DNA of 64,000 nucleotides from Escherichia coli (GCF_013122565.1 NZ_CP053258.1), one strand, 5' to 3'; positions 1 to 9,704 are shown, counted from the stretch's first letter. Notes: generated by a model from the sequence alone, not told the origin. Numbers and translations: made by a program.

Positions 1-2142
1 TCACTGGATGAAGCGGTTCATGGTGGACAATATCAGTGGGATATCAGTGAACACCGACTAAATTTAACAGTACCACAGGCGTATATCAATGAACTTGAAA
101 GAGGCTACGTTCCCCCAGAAAGTTGGGATCGCGGCATTGATGCTTTTTATACCTCCTATAATTTAAGTCAGTATCGCTCTTATGACAGCAATAATAACAG
201 TAATACAGCCAGTTATGGCCGGTTTAACAGCGGATTAAATTTATTTAGTTGGCAGTTACACTCTGATGCCAGTTATAGCAAACCTGATGATATGAAAGGC
301 AAATGGCAAAGTAATACTCTTTACCTGGAACGTGGCTGGTCGCAGATATTAAGCACAGTTCAGATAGGAGAAAATTACACATCCTCATTCATATTCGACT
401 CTCTGCGATTTAGCGGAATACGCTTATTTCGCGATATGCAGATGCTACCTGATTCTATGCAAAGCTTTACACCTTTAGTACAAGGTGTTGCGCAAAGTAA
501 TGCCTTGATAACGGTTTCGCAAAATGGCTATACCATTTACCAAAAAGAGGTTCCCCCGGGACCATTTACTATCGCAGATTTGCAACTTTCGGGCAGCGGC
601 TCTGATCTCGATGTCAGCATAAAGGAAGCAGATGGTAGTGTTCGTTCCTTTTTGGTGCCCTACTCTTCCGTGCCCAATATGCTGCAACCTGGTGTTTCAA
701 ATTTCGATTTTATCGCCGGACGCAGTAAGATATATGGTGTAAAGAATCAGGAGGACTTTCTCGAGGCAAATTATATATATGGCCTCAACAATCTTTTGAC
801 ACTTTATGGCGGTACGATTTTATCCGATAACTATAATGCTATAACTCTGGGAAATGGTTGGAATACACCGCTGGGTGCCATCTCTTTTGACGCTACCCGA
901 TCGAGTAGTAAGTTAAATAATGATACCAGACACGAAGGTACGAGCTATCAGGTTGCCTATAATAAATATCTATTGCAAACGGCTACTCACTTTAGCGTGG
1001 CCGCCTGGCGTTATGCTTCGCAGGATTACAGGACATTCAGCGACCATCTTTACGAAAATGATAAAATAAATCTTCAGAGTGACTATGACGATTTTTATGA
1101 TATTGGCAGAAAAAATAGCCTTTCTGCCAATATCATGCAACCTTTATCCAATAATCTGGGAAATGTATCATTAAGTGCGCTTTGGCGGAATTACTGGGGG
1201 CGAAGTGGAAATGCTAAAGATTACCAATTCAGTTATTCCAATAGCTGGCAACGCATCAGTTATACTTTCTCTGCCAGCCAATCCTATGATGAAAACGACA
1301 AAGAAGAGGAGCGTTTTAATCTGTTTATCTCCATTCCTTTCTACTGGGGGGATGATATTGCCAAAACACGTCACCAAATTAACTTATCGAATTCGACCTC
1401 ATTTTCCAAAGATGGCTATTCCTCCAACAATACTGGAATTACTGGCATAGCCGGTGAACATGATCAGTTAAATTATGGTATATATGTTAATCAGCAACAA
1501 CAAAATAATGATACATCGCTTGGTACGAATTTAAGTTGGAGAACTCCCATCGCCACAATAGATGGCAGCTATAGCCATTCTAAAAACGCCTGGCAAAGTG
1601 GTGGAAGTATTAGTAGTGGATTAGTTGTCTGGCCCGGTGGTATAAATATAACTAACCAGTTATCCGATACATTTGCAATTCTGGATGCGCCTGGGTTAGA
1701 AGGCGCGCATATTAATGGACAAAAATACAACCGAACAAACAGCAAAGGCCAAGTTGTTTACGACCTGATGATACCTCATCGTGAAAACCATCTGGTACTT
1801 GATATAGCAAACAGTGAAAGTGAAACAGAATTGCAGGGCAATCGTCAAATTATTGCGCCTTACCGTGGAGCAGTTTCTTATGTGCAGTTTACAACTGACC
1901 AACGTAAGCCCTGGTATATACAGGCACTGCGTCCCGATGGTTCGCCATTAACCTTTGGCTATGACGTACTGGATCTCCAGGAAAACAATATTGGAGTCGT
2001 TGGTCAGGGTAGTCGCCTTTTTATTCGCGTAGATGAAATTCCCACTGGCATAAAAGTTGCTCTCAATGATGAACAGAACTTATTCTGTACTATTACTTTT
2101 CAACACGTTATCGATGAAAACAAAACATATATATGCCAGTAA
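1..2142 (+). CDS. Fimbrial outer-membrane usher protein, C-terminal ~713 codons (5' end lies outside the window)
   Basis: Frame 1 is open from position 1 to the stop at 2140-2142; the translation has usher-like motifs (e.g. GYVPPESWD) and is followed immediately by an adhesin-like gene. The track ORF at 292 is only the first internal Met. Confidence 0.85.
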   Translation, partial: SLDEAVHGGQYQWDISEHRLNLTVPQAYINELERGYVPPESWDRGIDAFYTSYNLSQYRSYDSNNNSNTASYGRFNSGLNLFSWQLHSDASYSKPDDMKGKWQSNTLYLERGWSQILSTVQIGENYTSSFIFDSLRFSGIRLFRDMQMLPDSMQSFTPLVQGVAQSNALITVSQNGYTIYQKEVPPGPFTIADLQLSGSGSDLDVSIKEADGSVRSFLVPYSSVPNMLQPGVSNFDFIAGRSKIYGVKNQEDFLEANYIYGLNNLLTLYGGTILSDNYNAITLGNGWNTPLGAISFDATRSSSKLNNDTRHEGTSYQVAYNKYLLQTATHFSVAAWRYASQDYRTFSDHLYENDKINLQSDYDDFYDIGRKNSLSANIMQPLSNNLGNVSLSALWRNYWGRSGNAKDYQFSYSNSWQRISYTFSASQSYDENDKEEERFNLFISIPFYWGDDIAKTRHQINLSNSTSFSKDGYSSNNTGITGIAGEHDQLNYGIYVNQQQQNNDTSLGTNLSWRTPIATIDGSYSHSKNAWQSGGSISSGLVVWPGGINITNQLSDTFAILDAPGLEGAHINGQKYNRTNSKGQVVYDLMIPHRENHLVLDIANSESETELQGNRQIIAPYRGAVSYVQFTTDQRKPWYIQALRPDGSPLTFGYDVLDLQENNIGVVGQGSRLFIRVDEIPTGIKVALNDEQNLFCTITFQHVIDENKTYICQ

Positions 2143-2154
2143 AAGGAGTTTACT

Positions 2155-3114
2155 ATGAAGTGGCTTTTATTAATCACCTTGAGTCTATATTCTTTTATTG
2201 TGCAAAGTGCTCCCTGTGCATTGACCAATGTCGGTGAACAACGTGGAACATATATACTCAAGCCACTAAGTATGAAAGGTAATCTAACCGCCGAAAAAAT
2301 TGAAAACACCGGGAATATCATTGAGTGTGCAGACTTGCAAGAGACGACCAACGCCATTAAAGTTCATTTCTTAACACAGAACGCTTTAAGGTTTAAAGTC
2401 GGAAGTCGTCATTATATTATTAATTTCCCATTTGAATCTGACGGTAAAAAAATAGAGCTTCCAGGGAAGGCATCTTATAATTTAGAAGAGATGCTATCTG
2501 CGATAAATTTTACCATTCCATATTCTATCGCATCTGTACAAGATAGTTCTAACACCGCAGACATTTTTCCAGGAACTCCTTTTCCTTTGTTGTTCGAAAT
2601 TGAAGTGAGTTCATGTACAGGGAATAATACTAATTGTAATAGTGTCCGTTTTCATTTTAATTTAAATACAATTTTACAGGTAAATTTAATGACCTGTGGT
2701 TTTGAAGATCAATCCATCGACACTGGCCGATTTATACTGTCTCGTATCAATAATGAAAATTATCAGTTTCATCATATAAGATTTGACTGCATCCAGGGCG
2801 AGCAAGGTGAATTAGTTTTTGAACCCAGTGACGTTGAATATTACTTCGAACCAGTGACGATACAGGAGTCAGGAACCAGCATATTAAAAAATGAGTTAGA
2901 AAACAGTGAGGACGGTGCGGGGCAAGTAGGCTTTCAACTCTCCTATGATGGTACGAATGAAATCCAGTATGGTAAAAGCAATTACTACTCTTTTCAGCAT
3001 CCCCATGAAGGAAGTAATCAGATTCCTCTATTTATTCGCCCGCGTACATATGGAAACAATGTATCAAGCGGGCAAATAATGAGCCGAGTCAAAATCGTGG
3101 TAATGTACAACTAA
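2155..3114 (+). CDS. Fimbrial tip adhesin-like subunit (putative two-domain adhesin)
   Basis: 319 aa with an N-terminal signal peptide (MKWLLLITLSLYSFIVQSA), Cys pairs, and a C-terminal beta-strand ending VKIVVMYN typical of pilin domains. It starts 13 nt after the usher stop. The region is AT-rich by eye. Confidence 0.6.
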   Translation: MKWLLLITLSLYSFIVQSAPCALTNVGEQRGTYILKPLSMKGNLTAEKIENTGNIIECADLQETTNAIKVHFLTQNALRFKVGSRHYIINFPFESDGKKIELPGKASYNLEEMLSAINFTIPYSIASVQDSSNTADIFPGTPFPLLFEIEVSSCTGNNTNCNSVRFHFNLNTILQVNLMTCGFEDQSIDTGRFILSRINNENYQFHHIRFDCIQGEQGELVFEPSDVEYYFEPVTIQESGTSILKNELENSEDGAGQVGFQLSYDGTNEIQYGKSNYYSFQHPHEGSNQIPLFIRPRTYGNNVSSGQIMSRVKIVVMYN

Positions 3115-3119
3115 TCTTT

Positions 3120-3144
3120 CTCCCCCACCTTAACTTTGGGGGAG
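3120..3144. terminator. Hairpin between convergent adhesin gene and nhaR (weak bidirectional terminator candidate)
   Basis: 7-bp GC stem CTCCCCC/GGGGGAG with an 11-nt loop; no strong U-run on either strand. Confidence 0.3.
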
Positions 3145-3151
3145 CTGCCGA

Positions 3152-4057
3152 TTAACGTGCCACTGGACTAAAAAGCGCAGAATAATCTGTATTGCAGATT
3201 CGCTGTACCGCCGGGTGCTGAATCATCCGCTCAGCAAAAATAGCATGGTACTCTTCCATCACATTCTCGACGCGGCCAATTTCTACGACAGTTTTATCGG
3301 CATAAAAGTCATATGCATAAAGCGTTGGAGCAACGAAGATTGCATTGTGCATCGCACCAAAAGCTTTCATCAACGCGGCATCATCAAACTCACCAAGGAT
3401 TTCTACGTTTAATCCCTGGGAGTTAAACCAGTTAAGCAATTTGCGCCCTAACATTGAACGTCGCCCAGGAATCAAAAGCCGCCGTTCTTCCAGACAAGCC
3501 GGGAACGGTTTTTCCGGTGGTGGATTTGTACACCAGAAACTCACGCCACATTCGCCAATTCTCACGGAGAACAGACCTTCCTGCTGCGTAGAATCTATCG
3601 GACAGTCGGAAATGATCATATCCAGTTTATGCTGACTTAATTGCTCCAGCAGCATTTCGTGGGTGGATTCGAAGCAGCGAAGATGAATCGGCTCGCCTTC
3701 TACCACTGCGGCGTTAAGTACGCTACTGACCAGGCGTTTGGAAAGTGCATCAGCCACGCCAACGTCAAACAATAAATTGGATTCTTTGCGATAGTTCACG
3801 ATATCCAGCATTTCCTGGCTTAAGGTGAACATTTTATCGGCATAGCGATAGACCAGCTCTCCCAGCTCGCTGGGTTCGAGGCCACGTCCCTTGCGCTTAA
3901 ATAATTTGCCTTGCAGGCGCTCTTCCAGAGCCCGGATCTGTCCGGTAATGGTTTGTGGTGTTAAATAAAGCGCCTCCGCTGCGCCAACCACGGAACCTTC
4001 TTTATAAACATGCCAGAAGTAATACAGGTGGTTGTAATTGATATGAGACATGCTCAT
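3152..4057 (-). CDS. nhaR: LysR-family transcriptional activator NhaR
   Basis: Translation matches NhaR as recalled ([30 protein letters not shown]...). The track ORF extends 6 codons upstream; start set at the MSMSH Met (301 aa). Confidence 0.95.
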   Translation of the reverse strand: MSMSHINYNHLYYFWHVYKEGSVVGAAEALYLTPQTITGQIRALEERLQGKLFKRKGRGLEPSELGELVYRYADKMFTLSQEMLDIVNYRKESNLLFDVGVADALSKRLVSSVLNAAVVEGEPIHLRCFESTHEMLLEQLSQHKLDMIISDCPIDSTQQEGLFSVRIGECGVSFWCTNPPPEKPFPACLEERRLLIPGRRSMLGRKLLNWFNSQGLNVEILGEFDDAALMKAFGAMHNAIFVAPTLYAYDFYADKTVVEIGRVENVMEEYHAIFAERMIQHPAVQRICNTDYSALFSPVAR

Positions 4058-4116
4058 TTCTCTCCCTGATAACAATGAAAAGGGAGCCGTTTATGGCTCC
4101 CCGGTAAACCGTCCTG

Positions 4117-5283
4117 TCACACTGATGGACGCAAACGAACGCGTAACCAGCTGTATCCAATTACCGCCGAAGAGATAGAACCGACCAGGATACCGAGTTT
4201 CGCCCAGTTAATCAGTTCTGGATCTACGCTACCAAAGGCCAGGCTGGCAATAAAGATAGACATAGTAAAACCGATACCGCACAGGATCCCCACCGCCATA
4301 ATTTGCTGATAAGTCGTTCCCTCAGGCAGATGCGCCAGTTTCAAACGCAGCGCCAACCAGCAGAACAGACTAATCCCCAGCGGTTTGCCAATCAGCAAGC
4401 CAGCGATGATCCCCAATGGCAGAATGGAGGTCAAGCCATCCAGCGTGACGCCTTGCAGTGAAACGCCAGCATTAGCAAATGCAAACAGTGGTAAAATCAG
4501 ATACGCCACCCACGGGTGCAACACATGCTCCAGTCGCTTCGCTGGAGAACGCCCATGCTTCTCTTTCAAAGGAATAAAGAAGCCGACAATTACCCCCGCC
4601 AGGGTTGCGTGAACCCCCGATTTCAACACTGCAGTCCACAACACTACGCCAACCAGAATATAGACGCCCGTGCGGCGTACACCACACAGATTCAATACCG
4701 CGAGTACCGCAATTGCTACAGCCGCGACGCCAAGAGAGGCCATCGATAAGTCATTAGTGTAGAACAATGCGATGATAATGATGGCCCCAAGATCGTCGAT
4801 AATAGCCAGAGCCATCAAAAAGATCTTCAGCGCTAACGGAACACGACTTCCCAATAGCGCCAGCACACCAAGTGCAAAGGCAATGTCAGTCGCCGCCGGG
4901 ATCGCCCACCCTTCGCGGGTAATCGGATCGGCATAGTTAAAGGCCAGATAGAGTAATGCCGGCACAATCATCCCACCAATAGCGGCGATAACTGGAAATG
5001 CAGCCTGGCGTAAGCTGGCTAGCGATCCTTGCATCAGTTCACGTTTAACTTCCAGACCGACTAACAGGAAAAATACCGCCATCAGCGCGTCATTTATCCA
5101 TAACAGCATGTTTTTGTTGATTTCGAGTGAACCAACCCGGAGCTGAACCGGCGTCTCCAGAAAGTCGTGATACCATCCACTGGTTGCGCCACTGTTGGCC
5201 ATAATCATCGCCAGGATAGCGGCAATGATAAGAATAATGCCTCCCGAGGCATCACTGCTAAAGAATCGATGCAGATGTTTCAC
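4117..5283 (-). CDS. nhaA: Na+/H+ antiporter NhaA
   Basis: 388-aa polytopic membrane protein, [31 protein letters not shown]..., matching NhaA. Confidence 0.97.
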   Translation of the reverse strand: MKHLHRFFSSDASGGIILIIAAILAMIMANSGATSGWYHDFLETPVQLRVGSLEINKNMLLWINDALMAVFFLLVGLEVKRELMQGSLASLRQAAFPVIAAIGGMIVPALLYLAFNYADPITREGWAIPAATDIAFALGVLALLGSRVPLALKIFLMALAIIDDLGAIIIIALFYTNDLSMASLGVAAVAIAVLAVLNLCGVRRTGVYILVGVVLWTAVLKSGVHATLAGVIVGFFIPLKEKHGRSPAKRLEHVLHPWVAYLILPLFAFANAGVSLQGVTLDGLTSILPLGIIAGLLIGKPLGISLFCWLALRLKLAHLPEGTTYQQIMAVGILCGIGFTMSIFIASLAFGSVDPELINWAKLGILVGSISSAVIGYSWLRVRLRPSV

Positions 5284-5534
5284 TTTTTATTTCTCTTTCA
5301 GGTGAATAGATCGTTTTTCCTATCTTACCCCGCACGAATCATCGTTAAAATCAGATTATAGTGTAGGAATAATTCGTTTTTTACGAACCATTGAAGGAAT
5401 TGTGCCATCAGCGATGAGATGAGTTTTTGACGGCTGTAAGCGCTAACGGGTGACCCTAAGCCCTGATAATCATAGCTTAAGGTGAGGATTTCTGAGGGAT
5501 TAATTAGGAAAAGTAATAATAAAATCGCACTGTG

Positions 5535-6779
5535 CTATAGCTGTTTATTCCAGAGATGCTTGAAAATATCTAATGTGGAGACAACATTGGCAGGCGACAT
5601 TCGGTTTAATGAGGATAGAAAGGGATGAGACTCCAGGAAGTTGATAAAACGAGTCGCGCTTGCTAACGTCGAATACCGCAATTCATTTGCTTTCTTGTTT
5701 CCTGTAAGGTTACAAACAGCCATTGAATAATCACGGGCGGAAAATGCACGCCAAACATTATTTCTCACGCCACCACTCAAAAACAACCGCGGCGGCGTAT
5801 CATAATGAGTCGTTTTCTCGCCGCGTTCTTTCACAAAGGAAATATGGCACCGGCCTTGATGAATATGCTGTAAATTAGCCATTAGACAACCGCCTAATAT
5901 AAAGCACTCGTGATCAAGGTAGTGTTGAATATTTATAGAATATGCTTCAGTCAGTACTCTAACCAGTTCAAAATGGCGATACGCCGGAAGAACCGGTTTC
6001 ACCAGCATCCCCGGATCGTTTTGATGTAATATCGCCCGACCATAATCAATATCAAATAAAGTATCACGTCGCATAGTAAGTAACTCCTTGCGTTGTACGT
6101 GATGCGCCAGTGTACCTGGAGACAAACGCTCTTCATAACTTGATGCATATTGATAATGCGACTCTACCGCTGATGGAGAATAATTTGTTGAAATAGCGAC
6201 GACTCTACCGCTTTGTTCTTCTGCGGTAACAAGGCTATAAAGATAGTTATTACTACCGTTAAACTTTACGCGAAAAGCGCGGGTAGATAGAGAAATATCA
6301 GAAGCAGAAGAGTATTGGTAACTTTCTTTATAGTTTACTTCCCGGGCTAGTTTCATCAATTCACGGTTAAGCCCTGTGCTATTAAGAAGTAATAATTTAC
6401 GGATATCAGCAAGTGAAGCGCCTTGCTCAATCATCAATGCTAAATGTGTTCTTCGCGGCGTTGTATTTACATGATCCAGAGTTATAAAAGTTCTGGAACA
6501 ATGATGACAATACATTCTCCTCTGCCCCTGAGCTGAATAGCCATACTTTTTCATAGATGTGCTTCCGCAAGCTGGACATTGTGAAACCAACCCTCGCCAT
6601 GAATGATTAACACGATTACGATAAATATTAAGAGATCGTTCAGATATCACAGGAAACAAGTACCCGCATTCCCGACATAAAATATTTTTGCCTTGTACAA
6701 TATAATCCTGACTATTCAACAACCCCAAGTTTCTACATCCTGGTGTTTTGCAACAATCAACATTTACGTTGGTAAACAT
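5535..6779 (-). CDS. Hypothetical Cys-rich protein: N-terminal InsA-like zinc ribbon plus HTH, C-terminal ~300-aa domain of unknown function
   Basis: Contains CPACGSTSMKKYGYSAQGQRRMYCHHCSRTF followed by an HTH-like stretch (ALMIEQGASLADIRKLLLLNSTGLNRELMKL), the same pattern as the IS1 InsA N-terminus, plus an extra upstream Cys cluster (CCKTPGC...CRECGY). Start chosen at the MFTNV Met, which has an AGGAAG RBS; the track ORF start at 6815 is the alternative. No CX3CX2C radical-SAM motif. Confidence 0.6.
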   Translation of the reverse strand: MFTNVNVDCCKTPGCRNLGLLNSQDYIVQGKNILCRECGYLFPVISERSLNIYRNRVNHSWRGLVSQCPACGSTSMKKYGYSAQGQRRMYCHHCSRTFITLDHVNTTPRRTHLALMIEQGASLADIRKLLLLNSTGLNRELMKLAREVNYKESYQYSSASDISLSTRAFRVKFNGSNNYLYSLVTAEEQSGRVVAISTNYSPSAVESHYQYASSYEERLSPGTLAHHVQRKELLTMRRDTLFDIDYGRAILHQNDPGMLVKPVLPAYRHFELVRVLTEAYSINIQHYLDHECFILGGCLMANLQHIHQGRCHISFVKERGEKTTHYDTPPRLFLSGGVRNNVWRAFSARDYSMAVCNLTGNKKANELRYSTLASATRFINFLESHPFLSSLNRMSPANVVSTLDIFKHLWNKQL

Positions 6780-6831
6780 ATCCACTTCCTGCGAATATCC
6801 GGATATTATCGTCATATGTCAAAGAAAAGAA

Positions 6832-6860
6832 CCTGATTCAATGTGTAACATTGAATCAGG
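6832..6860 (-). terminator. Perfect palindrome downstream of the sulfatase gene (terminator or attenuator candidate)
   Basis: CCTGATTCAATGT-GTAAC-ATTGAATCAGG; on the minus-strand transcript the stem is followed by UUCUUUUCUUUG. Confidence 0.45.
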
Positions 6861-6908
6861 CGGGCATAGCCCTGAAAGGCATACATTACATTTATTATGG
6901 TTACCAGG

Positions 6909-8402
6909 TTAGCCCCAGGTTACCGCTTCCGGTTTATCACCTCTGGCTTTCATTAATGAATCATTATCTATATCGGTTTTATATTTTAAGAACTTACCAT
7001 ACATTTGTTTTTCAATGTCTGGTTTTTTACCTATCTGGTTAATGGTCTCAAAACGATCGGTTTTGAGGTTATATAGATACTTGGGCTTATTGTTACGATC
7101 GATGATCATTTTCCAGTCACCATCACGTATCGCCCATTCGTCGGTTGGATCATCCTGGAATGGCATGTCAATTCCGAATATTAATGGCTTTTCACGTTTT
7201 AGCGCTTTGTTCTCAAGGACAGGAACCAACGATTCGCCATCAAAAGTGCGGTCTGTCGGTAATTTGAAGTTCATCATTTTCGCCAGCGTAGGCATCCAGT
7301 CCAGCCCATAAACTGGTGTATCTGAAACCATTCCCTTTGGAAGATGTTTACCGTATTTAATAATTGCCGGAACACGGATGCCGCCTTCCCAAAGATTATC
7401 CTTGCGACCACGTAATCCATCAGTTTCCCCTGCCAAATTCAGTTCATAAACTTTGCGCGCTTCACGCGTTACTGGTCCGTTATCACTGGTAAAAATAACA
7501 ATGGTGTTATCTTCTTCACCCATCGCTTTGATTTTATCCAGCACTTTTCCAACCTGAGCATCCAGATAACTGATGTTGGCATAATATTCTCCTGGACCAC
7601 GCCAGGGTTTATCCGCCCAGTCGCCATAAAATAAATCAGGATGCTGCTTCTGATATTCGCTCATATATTGTGAGTACATGTCGAGGTATTTTTTGGGCGA
7701 AGCCAGGGGACTGTGCACTTCGGTAAAAGCGACATAAAGGAAGAAAGGCTTACTGTCCTTTTTGTTATCCAACCAGTTGACGACTTCCGAACTGACATAC
7801 TCACCACTCATTTTATCGGAACGTGGTGTGGGTTGCCCGTTACGCAACCAGCCCGTTGGATAGACCATGCCAAAACGGGGACGCTCCTTCGCATTATCCA
7901 GAGTAGCGTCGGTAACAAAACCCGCCGTATTAACCAGTGAGTAATCAAAGCCCATATCTTTTGCCTGCGGCTGATCGGTGCGATCGCCGCCTGCATTCAG
8001 ATGCAGCTTACCCATCATGGCCGTGTCGTACCCTTGCGCTTTGAGTAGATTAGCAATCGTGAGTTCATTACGCCCTAATGCCACATCTTTTCCCGTTGGG
8101 ATCCATGAGCGTATGCCGGTACGAAATGGCATCCGCCCTGTTAATAGTCCCGCCCGTGAAGGAGAACTTAAGGGGGCAGGTGCATAATAGTCAGTAAATT
8201 TGACGCCTTCCTGGGCAAGCCTGTCTATATTGGGCGTTTTAACGATCTGATGTCCATATGTTGCCAAATCACCATAGCCTAAATCATCCGCCATAATGAT
8301 GACTAAATTGGGTTGTTTAGTTTCGGCGGCTACGGCTGGATTAAAAGCATTCCCTGTCCAAACTGCAAGGCCGATCAAACTGGCCATTAATGTTTTCTGC
8401 AT
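6909..8402 (-). CDS. Periplasmic sulfatase-family hydrolase (Ser-type signature)
   Basis: Signal peptide MQKTLMASLIGLAVWTGNAFNPAVAA; sulfatase metal-binding start (LVIIMADDLGYGDL); active-site signature reads S-S-P-S-R-AGLLTGR (SxPxR). Start set at the MQKTL Met with an AAGGA RBS; the track ORF extends 12 codons upstream. Confidence 0.85.
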   Translation of the reverse strand: MQKTLMASLIGLAVWTGNAFNPAVAAETKQPNLVIIMADDLGYGDLATYGHQIVKTPNIDRLAQEGVKFTDYYAPAPLSSPSRAGLLTGRMPFRTGIRSWIPTGKDVALGRNELTIANLLKAQGYDTAMMGKLHLNAGGDRTDQPQAKDMGFDYSLVNTAGFVTDATLDNAKERPRFGMVYPTGWLRNGQPTPRSDKMSGEYVSSEVVNWLDNKKDSKPFFLYVAFTEVHSPLASPKKYLDMYSQYMSEYQKQHPDLFYGDWADKPWRGPGEYYANISYLDAQVGKVLDKIKAMGEEDNTIVIFTSDNGPVTREARKVYELNLAGETDGLRGRKDNLWEGGIRVPAIIKYGKHLPKGMVSDTPVYGLDWMPTLAKMMNFKLPTDRTFDGESLVPVLENKALKREKPLIFGIDMPFQDDPTDEWAIRDGDWKMIIDRNNKPKYLYNLKTDRFETINQIGKKPDIEKQMYGKFLKYKTDIDNDSLMKARGDKPEAVTWG

Positions 8403-8421
8403 AATTATTCCTTGATGAAAA

Positions 8422-9183
8422 TTAGAAATCATAACCAAGCATATAAATCATTTGATCGCCAAAACCATCGTAGCCTAACTTATTATCGAAATAACGCCAC
8501 GTCACACTGGCTTTCCAGCGAGGATAGAACTTCCAGGCAACTGTTAAACCGCCATTTAACCCATTCCGACCAAATTGTTGTTCCGCATAGGCATCATTTC
8601 TGTCCAGTTCTATTTCATTCCAGTTAGATAAAACAAATTTTTCGTCAAATAACGTAAAAGGTAATACTGCTGTCCAACCAACAACATAACCATTCCAGCC
8701 ATTTGTTTGACCATATTTGGCTGAGACGTAGTCTCCAGATTGATTATGTAATCCTATATACGGTTTAAAAAATCCCCACGAACCATTCCAGCCGAGGTAG
8801 CCCAAACCATAAAACATATCAAGATCGTCACCCCATGAGTTATCCCATTGACCATAAATCTTGCCAAAGAAAGTCATATCGGAGTCAAAGAGTCTGACAT
8901 GAGTCATAGCAGAAACGGTATGATTACGCCCCGCTACGGCATGGTTAAGCACATTGCTTTCATAAAATGAGTAAAACTCGGCTTCTTTAAAATTCACACC
9001 AAAGTCCGCAGTCACTTTCCATACTTCACCACGGTGAGTGTTAACGAAGCCACTATTCCAGTCAGCATAACCAGCATTTATTGAGCCAAAGGAACCTTTA
9101 TATTCTAATGAAGAATATGCAGGAAGATGATAGATAATCGTTGTCAGGGCACACGCAATAAGAAGCCGTCTTTTGGCAGACAT
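8422..9183 (-). CDS. Tsx-family (nucleoside-specific channel-like) outer-membrane beta-barrel protein
   Basis: 253 aa with a signal peptide, aromatic-rich beta-strand pattern, and a C-terminus (MIYMLGYDF) resembling the Tsx terminus (..VVGYNF). Its stop lies 19 nt upstream of the sulfatase start. Confidence 0.75.
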   Translation of the reverse strand: MSAKRRLLIACALTTIIYHLPAYSSLEYKGSFGSINAGYADWNSGFVNTHRGEVWKVTADFGVNFKEAEFYSFYESNVLNHAVAGRNHTVSAMTHVRLFDSDMTFFGKIYGQWDNSWGDDLDMFYGLGYLGWNGSWGFFKPYIGLHNQSGDYVSAKYGQTNGWNGYVVGWTAVLPFTLFDEKFVLSNWNEIELDRNDAYAEQQFGRNGLNGGLTVAWKFYPRWKASVTWRYFDNKLGYDGFGDQMIYMLGYDF

Positions 9184-9704
9184 ATAATATGCTCTCCATT
9201 CATTGTTTTTATGTTTCCATAGAAATCAATACATCAGATAATTCATTTTGATTAAGAACGACCCAGAAAGTATATTTAAAGGTGAATGGCAAAGCGTGAT
9301 GAAGATCGCAGATTACTTTTACACCCGGGTGTGGAGGTATCGTGTTTCAAAAAGTGTGTCTATTTTAAATATCACTCATTGATTTATAGACATTTTTTCC
9401 TTATAAAAAAACACTAAATTCTGTACAAGAATATTTTGTATCTTCTATTACTTTCTCCAGTAATAACTCACCTTTCAGGTATAACTTAAATCTACTTGTT
9501 CATAATCTCAATTTTTGTAAATGAAAAGGCACATAAGAGTTAAAATAAATAATGAATTAAACATTAATTACGCAAAAATGCGAGGCGTCTTCAGGATTAG
9601 AATCGATAAAACAGAATGGGTTAAAGAGAGCGATATAATAGCGGCGGGTGCTTGAGGCTGTCTGTCTCAGGCATTAGCTGAACGGCAGATAGAGAAAAGC
9701 CCCG

